Counted from the stretch's first letter, positions 1-13,285 are shown. The stretch is 64,000 nt of DNA from Lingula anatina (GCA_051362555.1 CM120641.1:8432001-8496000), one strand, 5' to 3'. The notes: generated by a model from the letters alone, not told the origin. Numbers and translations are program-made.

Positions 1-3000
1 CAATCATTTCCTTCATGTAGCTCAACACTGAGATATCATTGAGAATGAACATATCAGAAGATATCAAATATCAGGATAAAAGTTGCAGATAGGTTCAATA
101 TGTTTTATTTAGTTGGTTGAAAAGTTCAGTTCTGTATTAGCCCCCTATTTCGGAATGTTTTGTAAGTCAGTCTTAGCTAATTACACATGCTAAGAATATT
201 AGCAGCCTTAGTTGCCTATATATAACCACCCATTGAAACAGCAACTGAGAGTCAAAGCAACTTAAGCTCAGATCTATAATACACTTCATATCATATTCGG
301 AAGCATTTTGATCAAGACATTTATCATTTTAATACCAGAAATTTTATTTTGCATTCCAGAAATTTTATTTTACTTTCTTTATATGCATATTGTACTTATT
401 AACTCTCTAGTGGACTGCCCATTGTAAACTCCCAATTTGATCTGTATGTGACATTGACAGTGTAAAAGATCAATAGATATCAACATAAATCTTCTGTAGA
501 ATGTGATAAGGATGATATCTGTTTAATATTTCATCCGATTATGAAAAATTAATGTAAATGAGAATTGGTCTCATCCTAATACCATGGTGACAAAGGCTAC
601 TTTTGGAATTAAGACAACTTATGTTTGATAGATTATAATCATACATTTATCATGAGCCAATCATGCTTGTAGTGATATTTAATAGTAGGTTTTGTGTACT
701 AGTAGTCTTCTGAGTTAAGTAGTCCTAGTTTTACATGAAAGCTTCAGCCATGTTGTGAATAAGGAAGGCATCAGTGCCCATGCAGTTCATCAAGTAAACT
801 TCTCATCGTGAAAAAAAAAAAAAAAAAAAAAAGAAAAAAGATCAGCTTAATCAATTAACAGTATTTGCTCCTCTCAGGTGAACAGAATCTTATTAATTAT
901 GTCAGAAGTATACATGATAAGTTAGATATAATTAAGTTTCCCAAATTGGTGTTTTTCATAGACACTTTCCATATAATGTCTCTTGCACACCATATGATAC
1001 ATGAATGCAAATGATAGCATTTGATACAGGTCAGTCAGCTCATAAAGTATGTACCACTTTGGGAAATGGTAAATAATGGGAAAAAAAGACTGACTAGATT
1101 GAGGTGCCATTCAAGCAAGTTCAATTTTTTTCACACAATCAATCAAGATAATATGAAAAGGGCACATTTTATCAATGATAATTATAAGCTGCATGTATGT
1201 GTTAACCTAAGTGAGCCTGTACATGCACACATACAGAGACATACACACACATATAGTAAATATGGCAAAGCCACAATAACATCATTGAATTTTCTTTGTA
1301 CAATTAAATTAATTAAATTAATTTTAAACAATTAAAAAAAATGTATCTAATAATTTGAATGTCTCCAGAATCAGATTTCCACATAATTGTACCGCCAGCG
1401 TTAGCGCTGGCGGTACACATGGTTTTAGTCCCATCCGGTCCGTTCCGCCGGCTCCGCCGGCTCCTGCGGCTCCGCCGCCATGTTACCGTTACCGCTTCTC
1501 CTCCTAGACGGTAAGGGCCCCCATACCCATCTCTTGGATTTAGGTCACCTATAATCTCAACTCCTTCCACGTAAAATTTGGGCTTTGTCGGTATTGGGGT
1601 CTAGGTGTGGCACTCATTGCAATGCACCCTTGTCCAAAAATGGCAAAATTAAATGCTAATTATCTACCCTACGGAAGGAATTATGGGAAAAATTTCTACA
1701 GATGGCTTTCCAAAAGTCATATGTGTAGATTTCAAATATGCCCTTGGATTTGACCTTTGACCTTTATTTCAAGGTCAAACGGGCAAAAATTTTCAAAAAA
1801 ATGAATTTTTTTTCGAAAAAAAATTTATTTGCGCTGTTATTCAGACACCACACAGACTTAACCAATAATATTATTGGAAAATGTTACCCTTCAGGTCATC
1901 TTTCATCTGTGTGAATTTGGGGTCAATCGGTGCATTTTCACGGGTGTAGCGGCCATAAGATACCGAAACTGAAAACTGTCTCTAATTCGGGAACCGTTAA
2001 TGCTAGAGACCCATTCTTTTTTGCATTTTGTAGAGCATGTAAAGCCCAACACTGGAGGTGGTCTCCGTTTTTTTGTATTCCATACGGTTTTCGAGTTACG
2101 CTGTATCAAAAAGTACATATTGGTGGTGAAAGCAAAATGTGCAGTACGGTAATGGATAATAAATTTTGAACTCTGGAAAAATAAAACATAAGGCTTGGCA
2201 AAGCAGACAACTTGTGGTCAAAAATGACATAATTTCATCAAATTTGAACTTCTGGAACTTCAGAGCACCTCCCATTTCAAGAATTTTGACCAAAATGACC
2301 TTTTCTTTATTTTAATTATTTTTTCTGTAGGAAATTTATGGCACATAAAGGTAACTCCGAAATTATAACATTTAGTCCCTTATATCTCCAAAACTGGCAG
2401 AGATAGGTCCATAGTTACTATTGAAGTTGAATAGGAAGTCATGTACTGACAATCTTACTGTGACCTTGAAATTGACCTTTGACCTACTTTTCACCATGAA
2501 CTGAACTTAGCAAATTTTGCTTCCCTTTTATCTCCAAAACTGGCAGAGATAGGTCCATAGTTACTATTGAAGTTGAATAGGAAGTCATATACTGGCAATC
2601 TAAATGTGACCTTTAAATTGACCTTTGACCTACTTTTCACCATGAACTGAACTCTGCTAATTGTACCACCAGCGTTAGCGCTGGCGGTACACATGGTTTC
2701 GGTCTCGTCCGGATCGTTCCGCCGGCTCCGCCGGCTCCGCCGGACGGCTACCGTTACCGCTTCTCCTCCTAGACGGTAAGGCCCCCCATACCCATCTCAT
2801 GGATTTAGGTCACCTATAATCTCAACTCGTTCCACGTAAAATTTGGGCTTTGTCGGTATTGGGGTCTGGGTGTGGCACTCATTGCAATGCACCCTTGTCC
2901 AAAAATGGCAAAATTAAATGCTAATTATCTACCCTACGGAAGGAGTTACGGGAAAAATTTCTACAGACGGCTTTCCAAAAGTCATATGTGTAGATTTCAA

Positions 3001-4221
3001 ATATACCCTCGGATTTGACCTTTGACCTTTACTTCAAGGTCAAATGGGCCAAAATTTTCAAAAAATTGAAATTTTTTACGAAAAAAAAATTTTTTGCCCT
3101 GTTATTCAGACACCACACAGACTTAACCAATAATATTATTGGAAAGTGTTACCCTTCAGGTCATCTTTCATCTCCGTGAATTTGGGGTCAATCGGTGCAT
3201 TTTCACAGGAGTAGCGGCCATAAGATACCGAAACTGAAAACTGTCTCTAATTCGGGAACCGTTAATGCTAGAGACCCATTCTTTTTTGCATTTTGTAGAG
3301 CATGTAAAGCCCAACACTGGAGGTGGTCTCGGTTTTTTTGTATTCCATACGGTTTTCGAGTTACGCTGTATCAAAAAGTACATATTGGTGGTGAAAGGAA
3401 AATGTACGGAAGCCCACTGGTGCCATATGTAGAAAAAAAAATTATCTCGAAATTTCGAGATACTATTTTGAAATTTGAACAAAAAAATTTACCACCAGCG
3501 TTAGCGCTGGCGGTACACATGGTTTCGGTCCCGTCCGGTCCGTTCCGCCGGCTCCGCCGCCATGTTACCGTTACCGCTTCTCCTCCTAGACGGTAAGGGC
3601 CCCCGTACCCATCTCATGGATTTAGGTCACCTATAATCTCAACTCGTTCCACGTAAAATTTGGGCTTTGTCGGTATTGGGGTCTGGGTGTGGCACTCATT
3701 GCAATGCACCCTTGTCTAAAAATGGCAAAATTAAATGCTAATTATCTACCCTACAGAAGGAGTTACGGGAAAAATTTCTATAGACGGCTTTCCAAAAGTC
3801 ATATGTGTAGATTTCAAATATACCCTCGGATTTGACCTTTGACCTTTACTTCAAGGTCAAATGGGTCAAAATTTTCAAAAAAATGAAATTTTTTACGAAA
3901 AAAAATTTTTTTGCCCTGTTATTCAGACGCCACACAGACTTAACCAATAATATTATTGGAAAGTGTTACCCTTCAGGTCATCTTTCATCTCCGTGAATTT
4001 GGGGTCAATCGGTGCATTTTCACAGGAGTAGCGGCCATAAGATACCGAAACTGAAAACTGTCTCTAATTCAGGAACCGTTAATGCTAGAGACCCATTCTT
4101 TTTTGCATTTTGTAGAGCATGTAAAGCCCAACACTGGGGGTGGTCTCGGTTTTTTTGTATTCCATACGGTTTTCGAGTTACGCTGTATCAGAAAGTACAT
4201 ATTGGTGGTGAAAGGAAAATG

Positions 4222-4513
4222 TACGGAAGCCGACTGGTGCCATATGTAGAAAAAAAAATTATCTCGAAATTTCGAGATACTATTTTGAAATTTGAACAAA
4301 AAAAATTTTTATCTCGAAATTTCGAGATAGCATTTTGAAATTTGAACAAAAAAAAAATTATCTCGAAATTTCGAGATAGCATTTTGATATTTGAGCAAAA
4401 AAATTTATCTCGAAATTTCGAGATAGTATTTTGAAATTTGAACAAAAAAAATGCTATCTCGAAATTTCGAGATAATTTTTTTTTTCAACATATGGCACCA
4501 GTCGGCTTCCGTA
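4222..4513. mobile_element. Non-autonomous DNA transposon (IS3EU-like MITE) inserted in the HINE core
   Basis: 25-bp perfect TIR TACGGAAGCCGACTGGTGCCATATG, 6-bp TSD AAAATG (4216-4221 and 4514-4519), empty site in the copies at ~2135 and ~6750; truncated duplicate at 3405-3490. The superfamily is inferred from TAY..RTA termini plus the 6-bp TSD. Confidence 0.75.
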
Positions 4514-4766
4514 AAAATGTGCAGTACGGTAATGGATAATAAATTTTGAACTCCGGAAAAATAAAACATAATGCTTGGCAAAGCAGACAACTTGTGGTCA
4601 AAAATGACATTATTTTATCAAATTTAAACTTCTGCAACTTCAGAGAACCTCCCATTTCAAGAACTTTGACCAAAATGACCTTTTCTTTATTTTAATTAAT
4701 TTTTTCTGTAGGAAATTTATGGCACATTATGGTAACTCCAAAATTATAACATTTAGTCCCTTATAT

Positions 4767-6182
4767 CTCCAAAACTGGCAGAGATAGGTCCATAGTTACT
4801 ATTGAAGTTGAATAGGAAGTCATATACTGGCAATCTTACTGTGACCTTGACATTGACCTTTGACCTACTTTTCACCATGAACTGAACTTTGCAAATTTTG
4901 CTTCCCTTTTATCTCCAAAACTGGCAGAGATAGGTCCATAGTTACTATTGAAGTTGAATAGGAAGTCATATACTGGCAATCTTACTGTGACCTTGAAATT
5001 GACCTTTGACCTACTTATCACCATGAACTGAACTTTGCAAATTTTGCTTCCCTTTTATCTCCAAAACTGGCAGAGATAGGTCCATAGTTACTATTGAACT
5101 TGAATAGGAAGTCATATACTGGCAATTTTACTGTGACCTTGAAATTGACCTTTGACCTACTTTTCACCTTGAACTGAACTTTGCAAAATTTGCTTCCCTT
5201 TTATCTCCAAAACTGGCAGAGATAGGTCCATAGTTACTATTGAACTTGCATAGGAAGTCATATACTGGCAATTTTACTGTGACCTTGAAATTGACCTTTG
5301 ACCTTCTTTTCACCATGAACTGAACTTTGCAAATTTTGCTTCCCTTTTATCTCCAAAACTGGCAGAGATAGGTCCATAGTTACTATTGAAGTTGAATAGG
5401 AAGTCATATACTGGCAATCTAAATGTGACCTTGAAATTGACCTTTGACCTACTTTTCACCATGAACTGAACTTTGCAAATTTTGCTTCCCTTTTATCTCC
5501 AAAACTGGCAGAGATAGGTCCATAGTTACTATTGAAGTTGAATAGGAAGTCATATACTGGCAATCTTACTGTGACCTTGAAATTGACCTTTGACCTACTT
5601 ATCACCATGAACTGAACTTTGCAAATTTTGCTTCCCTTTTATCTCCAAAACTGGCAGAGATAGGTCCATAGTTACTATTGAACTTGAATAGGAAGTCATA
5701 TACTGGCAATTTTACTGTGACCTTGAAATTGACCTTTGACCTACTTTTCACCTTGAACTGAACTTTGCAAAATTTGCTTCCCTTTTATCTCCAAAACTGG
5801 CAGAGATAGGTCCATAGTTACTATTGAACTTGCATAGGAAGTCATATACTGGCAATTTTACTGTGTCCTTGAAATTGACCTTTGACCTTCTTTTCACCAT
5901 GAACTGAACTTTGCAAATTTTGCTTCCCTTTTATCTCCAAAACTGGCAGAGATAGGTCCATAGTTACTATTGAAGTTGAATAGGAAGTCATATACTGGCA
6001 ATCTAAATGTGACCTTGAAATTGACCTTTGACCTACTTTTCACCATGAACTGAACTTTGCAAATTTTGCTTCCCTTTTATCTCCAAAACTGGCAGAGATA
6101 GGTCCATAGTTACTATTGAAGTTGGATAGGAAGTCATATACTGGCAATTTACTGTGACCTTGAAATTGACCTTTGACCTACC
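4767..6182 (+). repeat. Tandem array of 146-bp units (9 full + 1 partial) inside the HINE
   Basis: CTCCAAAACTGG recurs at 4767, 4913, 5059, 5205, 5351, 5497, 5643, 5789, 5935, 6081; shorter arrays at 2386-2660, 6411-6708, 7002-7540 and 24462-24860. Confidence 0.97.
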
Positions 6183-8921
6183 TTACAATGAACTTAACTT
6201 TGATTGCACCATTTTTAGTTATATATATTTTTTGCATATTTTGAAAATTCTTGTTGATTGCATTTTTACAGCTTGTCAAGCACAAGACTGGTGGCTGCAC
6301 CCCTTATTTTGTGTATGTGGGGGTCTATACGAATGCGCTTGCTCCAGCTGGTGGTACAATATTCGGAGGCGGTATCGCCTCTCTGATCCTCTAGTTTCTT
6401 TCTCTTTTAACTCCAAACCTGGCAGAGATAGGTCCATAGTTACTATTGAAGTTGAATAGGAAGTCATATACTGGCAATCTTACTGTGACCTTGAAATTGA
6501 CCTTTGACCTACTTTACACCATGAATTGAACTTTGCAAATTTTGGTTCCCTTTTATCTCCAAAACTGGCAGAGATAGGTCCATAGTTACTATTGAACTTG
6601 AATAGGAAGTCATATACAGGCTATCTTACTGTGACCTTGAAATTGACCTTTGACCTACTTTTCATCATGAACTGAACTTTGCAAATTTTGTTTCCCTTTT
6701 ATCTCCAAAGTTACGCTGTATCAAAAAGTACATTTTGGTGGTTAAAGCAAAATGTGCAGTACGGTAATGGATAATAAATTTTGAACTCCGGAAAAATAAA
6801 ACATAAGGCTTGGCAAAGCAGGCAACTTGTGGTCAAAAATGACATTATTTCATCAAATTTGAACATCTGGAACTTCAGAGCACCTCTCATTTCTAGAATT
6901 TTGACCAAAATGACCTTTTCTTTATTTTAATTAAATTTTTCCGTAGGAAATTTATTGCACATTATGGTAACTCCAAAATTATAACATTTAGTCCCTTATA
7001 TCTCCAAAACTGGCAGAGATAAGTCCATAGTTACTATTGAAGTTGAATAGGAAGTCATGTACTGGCAATCTTACTGTGACCTTGAAATTGACCTTTGACC
7101 TACTTTTATCCATGAACTGAACTTTGCAAATTTTGCCTCCCTTTTATCTCCAAAACTGGCAGAGATAGGTCCATAGTTTCTATTGAACTTGAATATGAAG
7201 TCATATACTGGCAATCTAAATGTGACCTTGAAATTGACCTTTGACCTACTTTTCACCATGAACTGAACTTTGGAAATTTTGCTTCCCTTTTATCTCCAAA
7301 ACTAGCAGAGATAGGTCTATAGTTACTATTGAAGTTGAATAGGAAGTCATATACTGGCAATCTAAATGTGACCTTAAAATTGACCTTTGACCTACTTTTC
7401 ACCATGAACTGAACTCTGCTAATTTCTTTCTCTTTTAACTCTAAACCTGGCAGAGATAGGTCCATAGTTACTATTGAAGTTGAATAGGAAGTCATATACT
7501 GGAAATTTACTGTGACCTTGAAATTGACCTTTGACCTACCTTACAATAAACTTAACTTTGATTGTACCATTTTAAGTTATATATATTTTTTGCGTATTTT
7601 GAAAATTCTTGTTGATTGCATTTTTACAGCTTGTCAAGCATAAGACTAGTGGCTGTGTCCCTTATTTTGCGTATGTGGGGGTCTATACGAATGCGCTTGC
7701 TCCAGCTGGTGGTACAATATTCGGAGGCGGTATCGCCTCTCTGATCCTCTAGTTTATTATGTAATCAATGATGACTGCTACTTTGATCTGATGTATTAAT
7801 TAAGTGTATCATATTAATCATCTCTGATTCCAGTTTATTTGTAAGAATTAGATAAAGTCATTTCTTTATCATGCTAAATATCTAACATAATTTAAGTCTG
7901 CAAATTTTACTTTTTTTTAGATATTTCAAAGAAAGGACATGATAGTTTAGATGCCAAGAAAAAGCAAAATTTGTCCAAATATTTAAGAATTTGGCAGTTC
8001 TTTTCCTTCAGGCCAATTTTATGCACTCTAAACTACACTCTGGACTAGGCCTTAAGAATAGAAAAACATCTACACTGTACTTCACATTCACATATATTTT
8101 ATTGAAAGATTATGAAATGCCTTCTTGATATTTGATTTGTAATCCATAACACACTATTTATGGATGAGCAGAGCAAAATTATGTTTACACGATCTATTTG
8201 TTAGAAGAGAGGTAGCAGAGAATCACGTACATCACTTTTTGTTTATGTAGACAAAAAAGCTGTGCCAATACGTAATTTAATTTCCTTCAAATGCTTATTG
8301 TATCAGTTGTTGAAATTGGAAGTGGTAACACAAGAGCTTTTAGTCATCTTGTTTTTCTCTCTAAGCAATAGTTCTGTAGTGGTCCATAAGCCTGAATGTG
8401 TAATGGCCACATTCCTCTGTGAAACACAGTAAAACTTTTGTTTCCATTTTATTGATTTCCTATTGGGAGCACAATGAAACTATAAAGGGGCACTCGAGTA
8501 GTGCACATACATATATCTACCCCTGTCATAGAAAAAAGAGTTCGATTAACTATTTGTCCAAAGCTGAAATATGAATTTCAAAACTTTTTTGATGAAATAT
8601 GTTTGAGCTTGTTGTTACAAATGGCCCATTATCTAAAAACCATGAATAGCTCTTCAAAAACCGGTAGATTAAAATGGGTCTAACCCAGGATCTTACTGAA
8701 TAGTCATTTAGCGAAATCAATCCTAAATATAAAAGTTAGATATATTAGCAAAAGCCACACCTATCATTTGTTCTTCTGATCAAATACACAAGGAAACAGA
8801 TGAGATCTGATTTGATTGATGTCAGAAAATATAAAAATCTTAAATGCACAGGGAGGGCGAAATATCAGCACAAAACACTATAAAAAAAATGAAAAATGAA
8901 TTTTGATTGTTTTCAGTACTG

Positions 8922-8926
<5 letters not shown>

Positions 8927-8976
<50 letters not shown>
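8927..8976. repeat. (TA)25 microsatellite
   Basis: Direct inspection. Confidence 0.95.
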
Positions 8977-8979
<3 letters not shown>

Positions 8980-11900
8980 AGCCTAAATATGTTTGGATGT
9001 TTTCATTATCCCTTTAGGTAATGCAGAAATAAACATTGAAATATTATGTGAAAATGAACTTGCTAATTTGAGCCGATGACGTTACGACAGAGTTTTTTGG
9101 GGTAAGAACTGTGATAGCAGTTTCAAACAGGTCCCTCTAACCCATATGGGTATCTACACCATTTTAAGTCCTATTTAATCACCACAATAAATACTACAAA
9201 TACAATGGCCCATCCTTGGTGTGCAATGGGTAGCTCCTGCAGTTTAACTCCCTTCGGCTGCTGACAAACATTTTCCAACATAGGCCTGTCCATTATCAAC
9301 AACTTATTTTGTGTGCCAACACCATCTCTTCTCATCTTCATACCTTTCATTATGATAAACTGGTGTTCCCCAGCTTCCATATGGATTTTTGCATTGACAA
9401 ATTACGTTTTCTATCATTTGAGAAATGTTTTATTTTGTATGTTCCCATGAATTGTCTCTTTCACAGGTAATACACTCTGTAGAAAGATGATTAGCACATG
9501 TAATCTTGTAATTACGAAAGATTGAAAGCAGATGTGTGTGTGTACATTGTATGGTCCTGAATAAAACTGCAAAAGGGACTTTTCAATCAAAGTTTATTTC
9601 TGTTTTTATATATGCAGAAACTGTAAATGTACTTTATATTCTGATCATTGTGTCTGTCTGTGCTGCCATTTGCTGTTGTTTTTCTTTAAATTTACTGAGT
9701 AGCATTGTTTGGTCAACAAGGGGTTCCTTAATTTCACAAATCAGCATGATCAATTTTTTAAATTAAGTTATCTAGTTTATTATTAGTTTATTATTATTAT
9801 TATTATTATTTATTTTGGCGATGTTCACCTAACAAGTGTCAATATTTTTTTGCTTGTTTTGTTTTGTTTCATGTAATGCCAGAGATTTTGAACAGCATTT
9901 ACGTATTTCCTGTGGCTGATTGCAAAATTTTCCCACTTACAATTTGAAAAAAATTCTGATGTAAATAAAACTAGGGTCAGTCATGTGTGTTAATCAATTT
10001 ATCAAATTGGTATAGCCTTATTTTGGTAGAAAAATCCTTTATCTGTGCCTTTGAAGGAAATGTTATAGAAAGGAGGTGAAAATGTGTTTTAGTGAAAAAA
10101 AGACAAGCATCGTTTTGCAATGTTTGTGTTTTCAGCCTCTTTTGAAGGAGTACACCCTATTCACTTTGTATGCATGAGATATATCACTAACAGGATCAAG
10201 GGTACTAGAATACCTTTGTCTATTTCCATTAGACCCTTGTGACTGGTAAGCTATACCCAGTCTATCAGCTGTAAATGGATATCTTGTTCCATCCTTTGAC
10301 AGTTATAAAACCCTCAAGATTACAATGTTTCATGTTTTGCATTGTTTTCTCTTGATATATTGACAAGGGCATGAATCAGATAATGGCTTCACAGTTAGAA
10401 TAAGAAACAATCATTGAATATGCTCGCATTGTGCTCTTTATTCATAGAAATGGACTTTGGTTAGATGTCGATTTATAGGCACCTATGTACTCAATTCGAA
10501 AACGAAAAAAGAGAAGTGTGCATATCTTGCTTTGAAATAAAATCCACACAAATAGAAATTAGACTCAGTTTAAAAGCAAGGTGGAATTAGAACAAACTAT
10601 GTTTCTTGAAATATAAATAATGATAAATGACAGGGGAAATTATGGAGAAGATTTTTTCTAATGGATGAATTTTCAAGCATTCCATGTCACTTGAGATGTG
10701 GATGATTTATATTCTGAAACATGAATTTGCACACTAAATGATTGTTTTTGCATGAAATGACTGCAGCTCTTGTTAGATATATGTAATGTATCTGGAGATT
10801 TTAAGGTGAAAGAACACATCACAAATATCTACATGTTTGTAACTTGGGAGTTTCCATTAAATTCAACATATAAGGCACTTCAGTCATTTCACACATTCAG
10901 GTAATTTTTACACTCACATCTGTAGATACACAGATTTCTCTTCCACTGGAAATTTACTCTTCTACCTTGCAAGATATATACATGCTGCTAGAATTAGGTC
11001 AACATATACTCTGTACACATCTGACAGATCAATTCATGCAACAGGTATAATAATTGGTTTTCATGATTGATCGGTATAACTGTCTTTTGACGTATATCAA
11101 TGTCTTATTCTAATACACAGCATATGAAAGACCTTAACTGATAATACATGCAGCTTCATAATGTGGTCTAATGAATGAATTCATTTGCCTCCAGTGAAAA
11201 AAATGGGTGCTGGACTGTGTTTCTTTTTGTGCAACGTGTCTTTCTTGCACAAGAGATGAGCCTGAATTCAGTTTTTCATGTCAGTTTCTATTTCATACCA
11301 CATATATTAATAGGGCTGTGTTTTTTGTAGGTTTTAGGAATAGCAGTTTATCTGTTATATTATAGTGATATGATGTAAGCAAGTGCCTGCATGCCTCCGT
11401 GTATAAGCAGACTCGCATCTGTATTATACGCACTCCCTTATTATTTCTGTACTACTTAAAATGTGGTGACAAATGATAAGTGGAAACTTGGTTACCAGCA
11501 GGGTGATAGTGTCACATTTACCCACACAGGGTTCAGTACATTTTTTTTTCTCAATTTGAAATTTCACAGATCAGGCAATTTCATTTTTTTTTTTAATTTT
11601 AAGTTTTATATTTGCCAAATTGATGCCATTGCTTTATCTTTTCTTTGTTTGATCAGTGTCGCATAGATTTTTTACGTTTTTGTTTTTGCAGCTGATACAG
11701 CACATACAGACCCTTTCTAAATAGAGAAAATAATACAATATGATCAAATGTAATCATGATAATAATGAATTGCCAATAAAATTTGTTGTAGGACACTGCA
11801 GCAGGTATCCAAGTTGTAAGTAGAGCAACATTCAAAAAATTTCAACAGTCAACCAAGAGATCATTCTCTATTCTTACTATGTTTGAGCTGAGTTGCAAAT

Positions 11901-13285
11901 CCTGCTGACATGATTGCTTGCTGTCATCTGTATTTTGATACTTTTTTCCTTGGGGCTTGGTATGCAATGGGGAAAGCATTTCAGAACATCTTTCTCAAGT
12001 GAAGTAAAGGACTCTTACCTTTGTGAAACCTGATGTATAGATTGCGAGACTTGGAAGCTTTGCTGAAATAGATTGATTATTTTAGGGGCTAACATTGACA
12101 GTGCTTATACATAAGATAATAATGGGTGAATGCTTTCCTCTATATGTCTGCCCCCTTTTTTGGCTGAGTACTTCTCACATTCAAAATGAATCGATGCATA
12201 TTTTCATTAGATGTTACATATTTTCTGCACCTGGATGTTACTTTGGTTTATTACCTTTGCCAAGTGGTGGAGGCAATAAGTTATTGTGTTTTTTGTATGT
12301 CTGTCAATTCGACTCTGTTGTTCTGGCTTTTTTTTTTTTAATTTTAATGATAGGATTAGCCTGAAAAGGCATAGGAGAGATTCAGCTCTAGATGTTGACC
12401 AAGGAATAAGGATCTGATAGCGTAACTTAGATAGCCATAAATGATATTTCATTAATAATATTTTGACAGTACGGCACAGAAAGTTTCAGTGAAATTAACT
12501 TTCAGGGTTTCAAAAACATCTGCATGTAGGATATTTGTCTGTTCTCTCTCTGTTTTTTTTTTTTTTTTTTTTTGGTCAATTATTTGCATAAAGCATTATT
12601 AAAAAGACAAGGTCAAGTGGTTACTATGTTGGATAAATAAGTTCAAAAGTTAAAGGTCTAAATATGAATTTTATTCCCTTTTTACTTGGAAGAGGTATGC
12701 ACTCTTTGAGTGTTTTTCTGGGAGTTTTATTATAATTTTTTACTTCAAATCAATGAGGAAATCCATAACCATTTCAAATTCTGGCCTTGTTGAAAAACCG
12801 ATTTGTCTTATATCCCACCTGGGAATTACATAAGTGGCAGGCATAAAATTGCAGCCAAATGAAAAAAAATCCTGTAGATTAATTCTTTTTTTGAGTGAAT
12901 TGAAATTGATTAGAGTTTCTCATATGGATTAGCATATTGTATAATCTTTCTGGCACTTAGTAGTTCTTTTTTTTTTTTTGCATGTGTTTTTTTCCCATCA
13001 AGTTCTATCCATGTGAGCTCGATTGAAATGTGATCTCATGAAATGTTGGGTGGCTATTTTAGTATGCTGAATTTTCTGCCTTTCAGTTTTGATTGCTCTC
13101 TTGGCAAGCTCTCAGTTTGCTGACATCTGCACCTAGCAGAAATGCCCACAGTCTGTTATAGCATTTCACCTTTATTTTAATTCATTTATTCATGCAAATT
13201 TAACATCAACATGCCAATAAAACAAAAAAGTAGGATTTTGTCACTTTTTTGTATTCAATTTTTGCGCTCTTGTTGCATTTTTCAG

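Larger units (their letters stand above)
2661..6395 (+). mobile_element. Second HINE of the same family nested in the tandem repeat of the first
   Basis: Has its own 5' and 3' termini; flanks ACTCTGCTAA|...|TTTCTTTCTCTTTTAACTC rejoin to the empty-site sequence seen intact at about 7413-7441. Confidence 0.85.
1387..7753 (+). mobile_element. Helentron-associated non-autonomous element (HINE/DINE-1-like), outer copy with nested insertions
   Basis: 5' subTIR TTGTACCGCCAGC plus adjacent inverted copy GCTGGCGGTACA, a (CCGGCTCCG)n microsatellite, conserved core, 146-bp central tandem repeats, 3' subTIR GCTGGTGGTACAA, stem-loop AGGCG-GTAT-CGCCT, terminal CTAG followed by TT; no TSD. Confidence 0.85.

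Noticed and set aside
4260-4475. Palindromic 20-bp repeats with ~28-bp spacers resembling a CRISPR array
   Set aside because: The spacers are near-identical to each other, the array is enclosed by TIRs and a TSD, the context is eukaryotic, and there are no cas genes.
1313-7495. Recurring ORFs of 60-133 aa (e.g. 1930-2169, 3195-3596, 4012-4338)
   Set aside because: They recur only because the HINE is repeated; frames break between copies and there are no Rep/helicase or other domain motifs.
8483-9140. Possible Kolobok-like element (TAAAGGGGCAC...GTCCCTCTAA)
   Set aside because: The termini are too degenerate and there is no clean TTAA TSD.
1-13285. Upstream Elk exons (PAS, S1-S3)
   Set aside because: No exon with KCNH PAS or S1-S3 motifs was found; they probably lie before the window, though a very short exon could have been missed.
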